Below are positions 36,498 to 49,406 of a stretch of 61,341 bases of DNA, in pieces; the first letter of the stretch is position 1; every line of letters begins with the position of its first letter. Below the pieces are notes generated by a model, which worked only from the letters and a program-made list of their open reading frames with translations, was not told where the DNA came from and did no database searches. Origin of the DNA: Dimorphilus gyrociliatus (lineage: Eukaryota; Animalia; Annelida); NCBI GenBank assembly GCA_904063045.1, contig CAJFCJ010000065.1, positions 1 to 61,341 on the forward strand, in the 5' to 3' direction. The translations under genes were made by a program, and so were the position numbers.

Positions 36498-37155
36498 TTA
36501 TAAAGATATATTACCACAGCCATATAATTCAAAGGCTAATGCTGAATAGAAACCAGTTATTGGGTGTATCCTTAGTGTATCAGCTTCAATTTTCTTGTCA
36601 AAAGTCTTTCTATTAGGTATATTCCATGTTGCTCCGACATTTCCATTGAGGATCTTTATGAAAATGAAAAACAAATTATTACTTTTCTTAAACATTAATT
36701 TTCATTTAGAACAACTTTTTCTACTTCATTTTCATCTACATAATAATTAAATTGACCTCCATTTAATGAATAAGATAATTTAAAGGTTGTAATATAATAT
36801 TGCTCATTATGACCATTGCTGCACCAACAATCTCCTCTTGTATCCATGCCATGTATATCATAAATCTCACCTGAAAAATAAATTGATTAGTAAGAATTTG
36901 TCTGGAAATTAATTTCCTTTCTCACAAACCTAAATATACTTGTACCCATGCAACTCCATAATTGACTGACATCCATGCTGTAAATACATCTTTAAGTCTG
37001 ACGTCATATGCTTTTCTACCTCCATGTGGTAAATAATCAGTAAAATATGAATTCGGAAATTTGTTTTCATTGTAAATTCCAATTTTTTTTTGTTGACAAT
37101 AATTTAATGTTAAGCAATAATTGAATAAATTGAGAATAACAGCTGCCACAAACAT
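36498..37155 (-). CDS. Secreted F5/8 type C (discoidin) domain protein, 3 or more exons
   Basis: Signal-like MFVAAVILNLFNYCLT; VRL...AWMS....WVQV; GEIYDIHGMDTRG...YYITTFKLSYS; ...TLRIHPITGFYSALAFELYGC. The 3' end is uncertain. Confidence 0.7.
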
Positions 37156-39783
37156 CCATCTTATGTTCAAGATAATTAAACAATTCATGCTAAATGTTTA
37201 AAGCAAACTTCAGATTGTTACTTTTATATTAACAATACACTTGTGTGAAATTTTCCAAGTTTTGTAAATGGTGAATCAAAAGATTAGCATAAACAATAGA
37301 GAGGAAGTACTATTGATTTATGTATTATTGTTCTTGGTATAATATAAGTATGTCAAAGTAATATTACAGGAAGTGTAGTGAAGAGTATTCAAGTAGCATT
37401 AATAATTTTCCTATAATCTTTAAATGAGTTTTTATTTTATAAAGCTCCATGTGGAGTGATATATGTTATAATATAACTTACTATTACCAAAATTATATAT
37501 TCAAAATGAATTGGACAAAAAGTTTAATATGAATATATTCACAAGAAGATTTTGAAATTATTGCATTTTGATGGAAGACTTAGGCAAGCTATAGAATTCC
37601 TGTATGTATCCTACATTAATCAAAAACTTCAATACTTGTACATTTGATTCCAAAAATTCACATTGAATTTTTCCTCCATTTTTTTATCTGGATGTGGAAA
37701 TCATTTAACCATAGAAAAACAATTATAAATAACAAATCACTGTATAAACAATACATAAAAGACTGTAGACTCTTTAATAAATCATTTGTAAATTGTCATA
37801 TTGCAGATGAGGATTCCAATGAAATATGTGTTATATCAATTAAAACTAAATGTGAACAGCCAAACAAAATTGTAAAATTTCCAATAAAAGTGTTTTGGCA
37901 AAGTATTTTAGAAAAGCATTTGCTGACAAGGGAACAAACACATACACAAATTTTGGTAGATAGGGGAAAAACTTATAAGGAGAACTTTCTAGAAGAACTT
38001 ATGGAACTTTATGAAAATTATAAAGCTAACTAGTATAACTTAGAGAAATATCAAACTCCTAATTTGATCTTGAATTTATAATAAGAATGTCAATAATTTT
38101 TTTAAATTTGTGTGATAAAAAAAATCTTTCCACCATTTTGTTGAGAAACTATTTCCTATTTCTGACTTCCAGTTTAGGTTTCTTACAGAAGATAAATCAT
38201 TCTCAATAATTTAGGTAATTAAAAACATTAATTCTATAATTTCTTATACTTTTTTGTGTTTTATAATTATTAGTTTTTGTATTATCTTGATTATTCCAAT
38301 GAGAAATTCACTTTGCTTAATTGACAATATTAAATTATTTGCTAAATTTAGATATTGAATTTTTCTTGCACAATACAATAAGTTAATTGCCTAAATGAAA
38401 TTCATTTCTAAATTTTTGTAATATACATTAAGATATTTGAAAATTATTAAACATTCCAGTTAACTCCTATTATTCCATTGAACTTATATTATTGTTAGTG
38501 AATTTGGCAATAAACTTGAATTGAATAACTCTATCTAGCTTGAAATCACATGTATCATCTGATGGTATACACTGATTATCACACAACTCTGGCCAGTTCC
38601 AGCACCTAGTTCTCAGCTTGTACTAAATCTAACATTTCACACAGTTCCCAACCTAACTTCCCAATCTTAATCTTGAAAGGAAATGAAATCCCAAATCTTC
38701 CTTGTACTGAAATTGTCTACCACAAGAAAAGGAAAAGAGTAACTAGTCAAAAAGTGGCGAAGAGGAAAAAGAAGGGTAATTCCACCATTTAAGATTTTTT
38801 CTCTGATAATCCTCCAGCATTTCCTCAACTTGAGACAGTAGGGGATGTCCAAAAGCTAGTAAAGGACATATTGGGAGAGGAGTTGAATAAATTCAAGAAA
38901 GAGATAATGGACATCAGCACTCCTTCCACAAATTAAGGTGACTCTACATCTATGATGGAAAAAATTGTAGTCCAGTTTTTACAACACCTGTCATCATCTT
39001 TTATATCAGAAAGTTTAACTATTAAATATTCATTTGGTAAACTCTCATTTGTTGAAATGAAGAATTTTGCCAATACCAGTTGTACTTTTCTGCTGTAGGG
39101 TTGTAGGTAAGTACTGGTCCACATAGAATCAAATTAGGAGTAAGCCACTTAGAAGGGAGATGTAGAATTGATGGAAAATGAATATAGCACCAAATCTTGT
39201 TCATTCAGGGCTGAATACCTGTTACTACCTTCGCCCTGCCTTTGAATCTTAGTTAGAGGAGATGCTGGTGTACACTTATGAACTATATGAGATTATATAA
39301 ATAATACTTGCTATATAGTGAAAGTGTTCAAGTAGATGTTGCCTCTAGGGTACATGATAATACCAGAATCAACCCCTTTTGTAGGCAAAAGGATAAGATT
39401 TTACATAACTAAACATGTTGACAATAAGAGCAAGTGTTTGTTTACATAAACATGATATAACAATTGACCCTCAAGGTTTTACCTACACAAAGCAATTGTT
39501 ATTTACATCAGTATTGCGTAATTTCATGACCCTTACCCTTTTTGTTGTGAACAATCCTTATCTGGGAATAAGACCCTTATTGTTGACACCAAGGACATAA
39601 ACAACTGATAAGGGAAATTATTTTAAACTTTTTGAAAAGTATAAGATAAAAATGTATAAAATAGTATATAGGTCAATTTAGAATCAAATCAAGTACAACA
39701 TTCATTGTAAAGTAGATATATAAGATATAATATGCAAAATATCATTTTGTCTTTATCCATTAAAGAATATTCTATTAAGAATT

Positions 39784-42700
39784 TTAGCATGATTGTATAA
39801 ACTTTTTGTCAATTGTATATAATATGGAATAGTGATTATCTATTGATTGCAATAAATATTCATTGGAATTTGGAAAAATTGGAAAAGAACTGAGATTGCA
39901 TTGTCTTAATGTTTCTGAATAGATTAAACTTTGACAATCTTGACTATCCATCTTGCAAATTTTATAACAGTCAATAACATTTTGTATTTGATGAATGGTT
40001 GAGTAGATGTAGGATGGCTTAATCCATTTTTGTTCATATTTTAATTGATATTTTACTGTGTAAAAAACCAGAAACAAAATATTAGATTGATTAGCTCAAG
40101 TAAAAAAACATATCTCTCTCAAACCTGGAATATTCTCAATAATTTTTTTAATTATTATGTAATAATTACAAGTAATATTTGTTTTGATTTGTGAGGAAAT
40201 TCTTAAATATTTGGCAAACACTTCCTGTTTACAAAGAAATGTAAAATTTGTAGGTTTGTCAACGCGAAGATGGTATATATTTAAAGTTGTACATAGTATT
40301 TCTATCCCATAAGATACAGCATAAACATCTAAATCAGATTGAAAGTCTACACTTTTCATTAAAAGGAAGCCAATTGCAGAAATTTGAGAATAAACTGGTA
40401 ATTCAATAAAGTAATCTTTAGTAGGATAGAAACTATTACAAATTGAATTTGAAAAGATTGTCGAAGTATCTAATGAATATATAAGATTGGCAGCAGAATG
40501 AATTGATTTATTGTTATTGACAAATTGTTTTCTACCAAAAATATAAACTTCGCAAATTTGAATTAAATGATTTCCACCAAATTTATAAAAAGATACTCTA
40601 TCGCCAATATATTCACATTTGTACAACAATTGCTTTATTTTAAAGTTGTTTGTCAAATTTGAACAAACTGATTTTTGTAAAGTTGTATCAATGATCATTT
40701 CAACTGTAACTTGAATATTTTCAAAATTTTCTGCAACAACATAGAAATATTTGAATGGGAAAGAATATGATACAAACATTAAAAGAAGATGCTAACCTTT
40801 AGGCGCTTCAAATGGAATTAGTACACCTATTTGATTTATTAAATACTGATTATCCATATAGAGTGTTATTCGTCCTACTTCATTATTATTTGTTGTTAAA
40901 GTACCCGAACATGATAAGAATCCATCAGTAAAGGCATTGTTGGCTAAACCATCTATAATCTTTATTGGATATTGAGCACTTTCTTCTTTGTCAGAAATAC
41001 TTTTAGCATTACTATTCCTATCAATATGCGCAATTGGTAAGAGAACCATATCGTTATCTACAATTTTCTGACCGTACGCTTCTACTTCAAGAATATGATA
41101 GAAGTATGTGAATTTTGGAAAAAGATGGCGAATCGACCAATTGGAAACGGCATTTTGCATTCCCATAATCTATATTCACCACCTGAAAAGTCTTCATTAT
41201 TCGTAAAACATTTTTCAGAATATAAATGATAATCCTGAATGCTAAAATCTTGATAATTCGACACTAAACCATTGATATGCCTTGCTGTATTGTAACCTGC
41301 AAATTCAAATGATAATAACTGATTAAAAGAATATTAGATTAGAGTCAAACAATACCATGCATATCTCCATTTAAAATTGCCATTTTATAAATAGTGTACT
41401 TTGAAAACATATCAATTCTTGCCCATTGTTGGAAACCTTCTTCAGAATGAAGAAACTATTGTACAGACCATCAGTTAACTTTTGAGGAGTGTATATAGAA
41501 TTATAATTTGAAGATGTCCATACTGGTTTACGATACAATATATTAATATTTTCTTCATTGGATTGTCTATATAATTGCCAAAAACTTCTATTTCACCAAT
41601 TACAAATGTCACAGGAGTAGCTCTTTGTGTTCTAAGTACAACAAATTGACCTTCGACCCCTCCTCTAGGGCACAAAAGTGAATACGAGATTTCAAAGTGG
41701 GAAATGAAACTTTCTGTATTGTCTGGATGTTCTCCACATAAACTGTATTTTAATGGGTCATATTCTAAGTATGGATTTTCATTTGTAAGTTCAATACGAA
41801 ATTGATTAGAGAGAGTGTTTTGTACCGGTAATATAAAATCAATAACAAGAACATTATAGTAAGCAAATAGATTAATTGCAATCCAATACTGCCCTCCAAT
41901 TTTCACCTGTGTAGTTTCACTTGTAAAACCATCAGTTAATATAAACAAGTCCATCTGGGAAAATTTGTAGGTAACTCCTTTCAAATAGGCTATATTGTCT
42001 ATAAATAGAAAGAAAAGAAACAATTATATCAATCATTGAAAAATGATGATAACTTTACTAGAAATTATTTCAATTTCGCATAAATGCAAAAAGTTTGTAT
42101 TTTTTGATTTAACTGTTAAACTAGAACTTCTAGATTGTTGTAGTTTGTTACATAGCACTGTTGTTGGTGAATTATTTGCCAATATGATATTATCATCAGT
42201 ACAGATATTAAAAATATTGTCCATGTAAATTTCCAATTGTTGAGTAACTAAAGGAGAAAACAATAGATTTTTATCTGCAGAGAAAAAAAATAATCAAATT
42301 ATTGACCTACTTTGCTGATTGGTTGGCCATAGAATTACTTTCTTGAGAGTATGTTGCCCTTTTAAATGAATTGTAATTATGGGTTGAAGAATGCGTAAGA
42401 GTCTCTTTAATATTGTACAAGAACCCAATGTAATTTTATTATCATGTAAACCATCTACAACATGTTTTGGATCATATAGAGAACCTTCAAAATATCCACT
42501 ATAATCAATTTTTTTAAAATTGAATGCTATATTCATTTCATTGCCATCCATATGTTCGAAACAGATTCGCCTATAGAAATTTGAATGCAAATTCACACCA
42601 TATAATTTTATAGAATTCTCATATACATCTTTTGCATAATTATCAAATTGTAAAACAGTCATTGTTTGATAATTAGTTTCAACTTTAAATTGTTGACCAA

Positions 42701-43283
42701 AACAACCATTTTCTTTCCATATCTGATGATAACACTCTTCAATTAGTGGTAATTGATTTTCATCTATTCCGCAAACTGCGTGCTTTTTATCTGAATTTTG
42801 TTATAAAAGGGAAATTTTAATGACAATGATTTAAAAATCAATTTTTTATTTTGGTTGTAAAATTTAATATTTTATTACTTTTCAAAAGAATTAATGAATA
42901 GTCAGAATTGAAAGCTAGGGATGATATTTCTTTATAAAACTGACAATTATAAGTTCCGTCATTGAGATCTTTAAATATAAATCCAAGACAATCATCAGAA
43001 TAATCAGTTAAACAAGTCTCATAGCAACGATGAATTGAATTTCCCACCATGTTCAAAATTCTTGTACCAGCTACATTTTTATTTTTGTCTAGAATAAGAC
43101 TATTGCCTGTTAAAAAAAAAATTTTAGTCATAGAGTACAAAAATTCTTCCATTTTTACTAATCTTACTATCATTGCATATTTGCTGACCATATTCCAACT
43201 GGCATAGACATCTGCCTGATGAACAATTTTCAAAACTTGAGCAGTCATTATCAATTGAACAAAAAGTTTCTATTGCTGAAACA
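39784..43283 (-). CDS. Multi-exon lectin-like protein: Cys-rich/PAN modules plus several F-type lectin (FTP)/F5-8-like domains
   Basis: Colinear minus-strand ORFs: PAN-like CYETC..C.GF...NC; FTP-like HVVDG..GSCT..ITIHL..KVILW, LTDG..YWIAINL..GQFVVLR..IGEIEVFG, LCEIEII, ILEVEAYG, QICEVYIFG; terminal PAN-like CYKIC..CQS..C. Exact exon bounds were not resolved. Confidence 0.65.
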
Positions 43284-43381
43284 GAAATATTGATAAATAT
43301 ATTTAGAAAATTTTGTATTCAATGGCTAATTGATTAATTGGTGTATTAATATTTTACATGTAATCAAATATTATTATCGAT

Positions 43382-43471
43382 AGTATTGGCAAAAAGTCCC
43401 CAGCCATCTTGTAAGACTCTGGGCTAAAATTAAAAATTTTACAAGGTGGCTGGGGACTTTTTGCCAATACT
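43382..43471. mobile_element. 90-bp hairpin MITE
   Basis: 33-bp inverted repeat with one mismatch (agtattggcaaaaagtccccagccatcttgtaa / ttacaaggtggctggggactttttgccaatact) and a 24-nt loop. Confidence 0.75.
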
Positions 43472-44469
43472 GTATGGATAGATTAACCATAGAAATTACA
43501 AACATAGGTATGTTTAACATTTTCTTTTTTAAGCTCTATATCTAAGAAATATGTCATAAGTTAAATGAGTGTTACAGGTCTAAGACAAATAGAGAATATC
43601 TTCCCTTAATAGTTTTATCTTTATAGTATTACCAGGAATACTTTTTCGTAACTTTTCTTTAAAAAGTGTTCCAATGTGCCAAAAAATAGCAACTTCAATT
43701 ACATTTGAACTTAACAAACAACACTAACCTGAAGTTTTTAATGATACAAAGAAGAAAAAGAAGATTTTCACCAAAAATGAACTTGACATAGTTAATATTC
43801 AGAGTAAAATCATCTGGAATAGTTGTTAGTTAAGGTTAAATTGCAAAATGAATATCTGAATAAAATTATTAAGTTTATTGATCAATTTTTCTTTTTGGAA
43901 TTCTGTTAAATAGTATTGTTTAATTAACAATTGAGATTAAATATTTAAATTTATACAAATACAAATAATGAATTATTGTCATAACTTACCTATTCTTTTC
44001 AAACAATAATCTTTTTATATATTTCATTGTGCTCTAAGACATTTTTTGTCATATTTAATGTTTGGTTCTTTACTGACAAAAGCTTACTAATTTTGTAAGG
44101 AGGTGGGCTTTTTATTGAGAAATAGATAATCGAGTTTTATTGAAAAAACTCCACGAATAAAATTTGTGTTTTTTTTAATATAGGCCTATAGCAATATATT
44201 TGTCAGTAAAATGATGAACCAAATGCAAACTATTAATATTTTTATTATTTTTTTATTGTGTATAAAATATGGCTGAGAAGTAAATCAAAATTTACAATTT
44301 GAATTAAATGCATAATTAGTATTTTAATGAACTACGTTGTACTTTGCTGTATTGTAATTGTAGGTCTCTCGAGCTTATCAAATTCGAATTCGTCCTCACC
44401 AATCATTTACCAATGTACCAAAGTACTTGTAGGTAAGTATGGTTTACAATAACCGCCTGAATGTGTACA

Positions 44470-44597
44470 ATATATTTATATTTAAATGAAAATTTCTTTA
44501 CTTTATGTGTTCTTTTGATTCATAGATGTTTTCTTTCAGCTTATGGACGTTTTCTTTCATGGATGTTTTGTTTCATGGACATTTTCTGTCACGTCCC
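44470..44597 (+). mobile_element. Isolated MULE 3' terminus
   Basis: Tandem (a/g)tgga(c/t)(g/a)ttttct units ending in ccc; paralogous to 52010-52121. Related arrays at 45097-45133 and 45268-45325. Confidence 0.55.
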
Positions 44598-46242
44598 GTT
44601 ATAAAGCATAATTCAGTGGATTCAACTTATTATTGAAATCTCTATTTTTGGATTATTGCAAATAATGGAATTAATTTGGTTTGGACAGGAATAGAATTCC
44701 TACTATCAGAATACAACAAAAACTGTCAGATGTTTGACAATAATGAAAAATTATGTCTGTGACCTTCATCTTTGAAAAGACTACTTTTACATGAACAAAG
44801 GGAACAAACAATATTATAATTTATAATGCACTATTTCTGCTCAGGCAATTTATGCATTTGAGAGTTACAGATTCATCACAACAGAATTAAAATTCCATCT
44901 TACCTCTGCTGAGTGAAAATAGAAAAGAAAGTTGATCTTTTCTATTTTCACAGCAGAAGATTTCCAACAATACCTGTTTTTGCTGGGGATCATAAATTTA
45001 TTTATTTTATCAAAAGTGTGAATTAAAAATCTTTTGTTACTATGAAGAGATAACTAAAAGTGTTTTGTCACTTATTAAATATTTTGTTTTTTTGTGGACA
45101 TTTTCTGTCTCTTTATGGACGTTTTCTGTCCCCTAATTTTAACTATCAAAGTCATCTTTTTTAAAGATATAATTAATTATACATATAAAAGTAATACTTT
45201 TCTATAAAGTTTTCGAAAGAAAAATTTGTTTTTTTTTTCACCATTTTTTTTAACTGTTTTAATTTTGTGGACGTTTTCTGTCTTTTGTGGATGTTTTCTG
45301 TTGTGGAGGTTTTCTGTCTGAACCACCACATGGTTATCTGCTCATGGTGCTGGGAAAGATTTTCAATATTTAGATGCATTTTATGTAGAAGTTTTGTTGA
45401 GAAAATGATAAATATAGAGATATACAGATATGGAATGTATTGAAAAATTATATTAACTACTTAAAAACAATAGAATATCCATATTAATCTTAAATTGAAA
45501 TATGATTGTTAAGCCACCACTATTAAAGCTAAACATATGTTATGGACATAATTAATATGTAAAAGAAATATGGTAAAAAACCCCAACAAGTTGGGTACAG
45601 CAGAGTAATTGGGAACAATAAAGCAGAATGTGAGAAATTAGAAAAGAGGCTTGTACAGTAGAATATTATAGAATATTAAACAAGAATGATTATTTGTTAA
45701 TGGTAGAAACAGGGGACATGTCAAGTGATGAGTAATGATTCAATACCAATGATCTAGTATCAGACTTTAACGCTAGTTATATTAAACAGCTGGGAGGGAA
45801 TCTTAAACCAAGGGAGTAAGGCAAAAGTATCAGCTGGTCAACTAAGAGGTAAGAGAGAGAGAGAGAAAAAGAAGAAAATGCTCTATAAAAGAAAAAGACA
45901 CCTGGTTTGTAGCAATCCCTAACAGCAGGGATATAACATTTAAAAACAGTATAAGTAAACTTTCTGTACTATGATTACTTGTATTCTGACACTCACATTA
46001 AAAGCAATCACGCAGGATTTAAAAGCTGCTTTGAAACTCTTAAACTATTGTTAGAACTTTTTGTTGTGCATTATAAAACAATCTACAATTTCATCCATTC
46101 ATTTTCAATATTAAATCTAAAATTTGAATAGAATCATAACTGTCATTCAATAAAAGTAATCTTAATTTGAGTTAATAGATTCATACAGTTGCAAATAGCA
46201 ATCATTGTCTGTAATTTAAGAAAACATGTTGCTGTGCATTGT

Positions 46243-46453
46243 GGGGCCAACAGAAAACGTCACCAAATGACATTTTTGAAAGCAACATTTCGGACTGAAA
46301 ATTGGTTAGGAGTCAAGTAGCTTTTGATTTATAGTTTAGGGGGGGGGGGGTTCCATCTAAGTGTTAGGAGCAATCAAAAAAGCTAAGGTGAGACAAGGGC
46401 TAGGTTAGGGTTAGGGTTAAAATGTGAAATTCGGGACAATTTCTGTCATTTCC
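46243..46453 (+). mobile_element. Diverged TTAGGG-bearing MITE
   Basis: Same internal order as 22108-22314 (tggttaggag...ccatctaag.gttagg...acaagggct.ggttagggttaggg) with acagaaa TIR cores. TSD not preserved. Confidence 0.7.
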
Positions 46454-47112
46454 TATTTTCCTATTATGACCATTAAATCTAGTATGATTTGCAACAAGGC
46501 ACCAAACTAAAATTCTATTGGCTGAGTGATATTTTTCTGAATGACGTAAACAACTGCTTGAGTATTTATAAGGAAAGTACTTGCTTAAATGATGAATAAC
46601 TCATAAGTAAAATCATTGCAAAGAGAGAGAGAGAGAGAAAGAAAGAGGGATCTATATCTTATTTCTACTGATAAATCTCAACAAACCTTTTAATTGCAAT
46701 GGAAAATGAAATAAATAAGAAATTGAAACCTTTGTTTAAATCTTCCATAAACAAAAGAACTATTGTTCAAACTACTTTCTGTAAATGGTGTTCAAGTCTA
46801 ATTGTGGAAAATAAAGCACTGGGTTTCAACTTTAAACTATGTACAAATTGCTTTCTTTTGCTTCAAAATACTGATTAAAATACAAACTGAACATATTTGA
46901 CAAATATAACAATGAATAAATAAATTTCGCAATTCTGTTTACTGTTTATTATTACTTTATTTTATTTGTACAAAATATTTTCTAATTTGAAATAAAATAT
47001 ATGTACTTTGTTGTATTGTAATTGTAGGAATTTCTGCTTTCTTCAGAACAATATTCAGAGCAATATATCCTAAATTATCTTTAACTAATTCAAAAACTGA
47101 TGAAAATAGTAT

Positions 47113-49013
47113 GGGGTCAGGACATTTCGGCCCAGGACAGTTCGGCCCACTTTTGGACATTTCGGCCCATTCTAAGGCAGTCATACTAAAGGCATTGTGT
47201 CTCACTTGAAGATAGGTTTAGTACTTATGAATTGATAAATATGACAAATATAATTTTTATTTTGTGAACATTTATGTTTATTTTTTTAATATAAAAAACA
47301 ATTTACAAATAGTAAGGAGTGTTAAGTTTAATAACTAAAATGCAGAACAAGAAATAACAAATTTTAACAGATATTTAAATCAACAAGTCTATCCAATAAT
47401 TCATCTAAACTCAATTCTCTTTCTTCAAATTTACTCCACAACTGGAATATTTTAAATTCTAAATCTTTATACTTCTTCTGTATTTTTCTCAACTTTTTTT
47501 CAGACAATAACTTTTCAAAGATCTCTACTAATTCAGCTTCTCTTTTCAATTCTTTTATGAGAGAATAAAAGTTCTCATCCATTTTCAAATTTTTGTTGAG
47601 TCTGGAATGCCATGCCTGAACATGATTGTTTGTTCTCACAATTAATTGATAAACAGACCAGAATTGAGGAGGCCAAGTACTGCTTTTAATGAATGTTACT
47701 TCTATATATTCAAGCAAATCTGTAAACAATTTCTTTGGTCTTTACTCTCTTTATATCTAGAAGCTTTTGTTCTTAATGATTCTAGTTCTGGCAAGTCTTC
47801 AATACTATCTTTAAATTTAAGGATAATATCTTCTGCTATTCTTTTACCAGTTTTTCCATTGTCACCAGTTGCCATTTCTTTTAAGTCCATTCTTGATTGA
47901 AGAACACTTTCTATGTTTTTATGCAATTTATGAAGAAGGTTTTCATTTTTTACAATGAACTTTGATCCCTTTTGTAATATGTATGCAGGACAAGGAGCTT
48001 TGGCATATCTCTGAGTACATCTCCAGGTGATTGAACTTTTGGTTTTTCTTTTTACAGAATATGAACAGTTTTTGTGTAGAAGTAAGTCTTTATTTTTTGT
48101 ACTTCCACCTACAACTATTTTGAAATCATCTCTTTCTGTTTCCATGATCTTAAATGAAGTTTCATCACTTATATCAACTCTCTTTGCCATGTCTTGTCCA
48201 TGTTCAGGAAAGTTCAACTCTTTTTCATTGTTTGGTGATTCAGGTGAATTGAAGTCAAAGGAAAGTCTTAACTGTTAAAATTTATGGTGAAATAATAATA
48301 TCTTTGAACAAATGAAATTACCTGATTTGTATTCGTTTCACTTGTATTATTCATTGATGATTCTAAATTAACAACAGTTTCATCATATTCTGGATGAATT
48401 TTACTCTGATGATAATTATCTATTTTCTTTAATTTAATAAATAATTTTTGTTTGCTGACATCATGGCAATCAGGACAATAATCTGCATCTTAATATATAG
48501 GTGATATAGCATTATACCTGAGAAAGTTAGAGAGTTTACTTACATTTTGAACACTTTGTATGATAAAAATGTCTGCACAACTTGCATCTGAATTTTCTTT
48601 GTGTCCAATGAAATCTTAGTCCACACTTCCAAAAGTTTTTCAAATTCATGTTGTAATTTCTATTGAAGCTTCTATGATAAATGAAGAAAAGAAATATGCT
48701 TTCTACTTTTTCTCAAAACAGGAAAAGGAAATTGTAAAACAATGTAAAATATACTTCAGAAATAAGGAAAACTTGTATCCATTATTCTGAAAATATTTTG
48801 AATTTTATAATAATTATTTTACATATCTGGAATTACTATATTATATTACTTATTATATTTTTAAAATTGATTTGCTTTTTCTTATTTATTGTATTTAATT
48901 CATAATTAACTCAAAAAGTCATAAAATGGGCCAAAATGTCCAAAAGTGGGCAGAACTGTCCTGGGCCGAAATGTCCTGGGCTGAAATGTCCTGGGCTGAA
49001 ATGTCACTGCACC
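47113..49013 (-). mobile_element. Mutator/Phantom family B, internally deleted non-autonomous copy (1,901 bp)
   Basis: Both TIRs present (units ggacatttcggccca); TSD aaatagtat (47104-47112) / aaataatat (49014-49022), 8/9 match; PHD and FLYWCH exons plus the C-terminus RTNNHVQAWH. The catalytic core is deleted at ~47735. Confidence 0.9.
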
Positions 49014-49406
49014 AAATAATATATCTGTTAAAGGAATATTGAGAGGATGGGTGTCACGTGATACATCATATTATTACATTATGCATCATAACTTACATTT
49101 GACAGATTTTACTAAAATTTGTAAAAGATTAGGCTATGATCATGTTTATTCAATGCACAAAAAAAATGGAAGCTGAAAATGCTAAATTCTTAATAAGAAT
49201 ATGCAAACTTGTAAATTGTAAGTAATATTTGTAATCATTTTCCATCTAATGTTTGTTATTTTCTTCTATTTATGTTAAAAGGCTTACCATTTAACTCTAA
49301 CAGTGATGGCTGGATAAAAAGAAAAGAAGCAATTGAATTGAAGTGTTTTAGAAAAAATTCTATATGTTAGATATCTTTTTTTTTTCTATTTTCACTTTCT
49401 TCTTTC

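Noticed and set aside
37644-38033. 129-aa plus-strand ORF
   Set aside because: TTG start and no recognisable motif; left unannotated.
38660-39300. GC-richer tract with broken frames (AFPQLETVGDVQKLVKDIL...)
   Set aside because: Possibly a LINE ORF1/gag relic, but no diagnostic motif was found.
45600-45960. LVSDFNA, similar to the LINE endonuclease GDFNA motif
   Set aside because: Single short motif among many stops.
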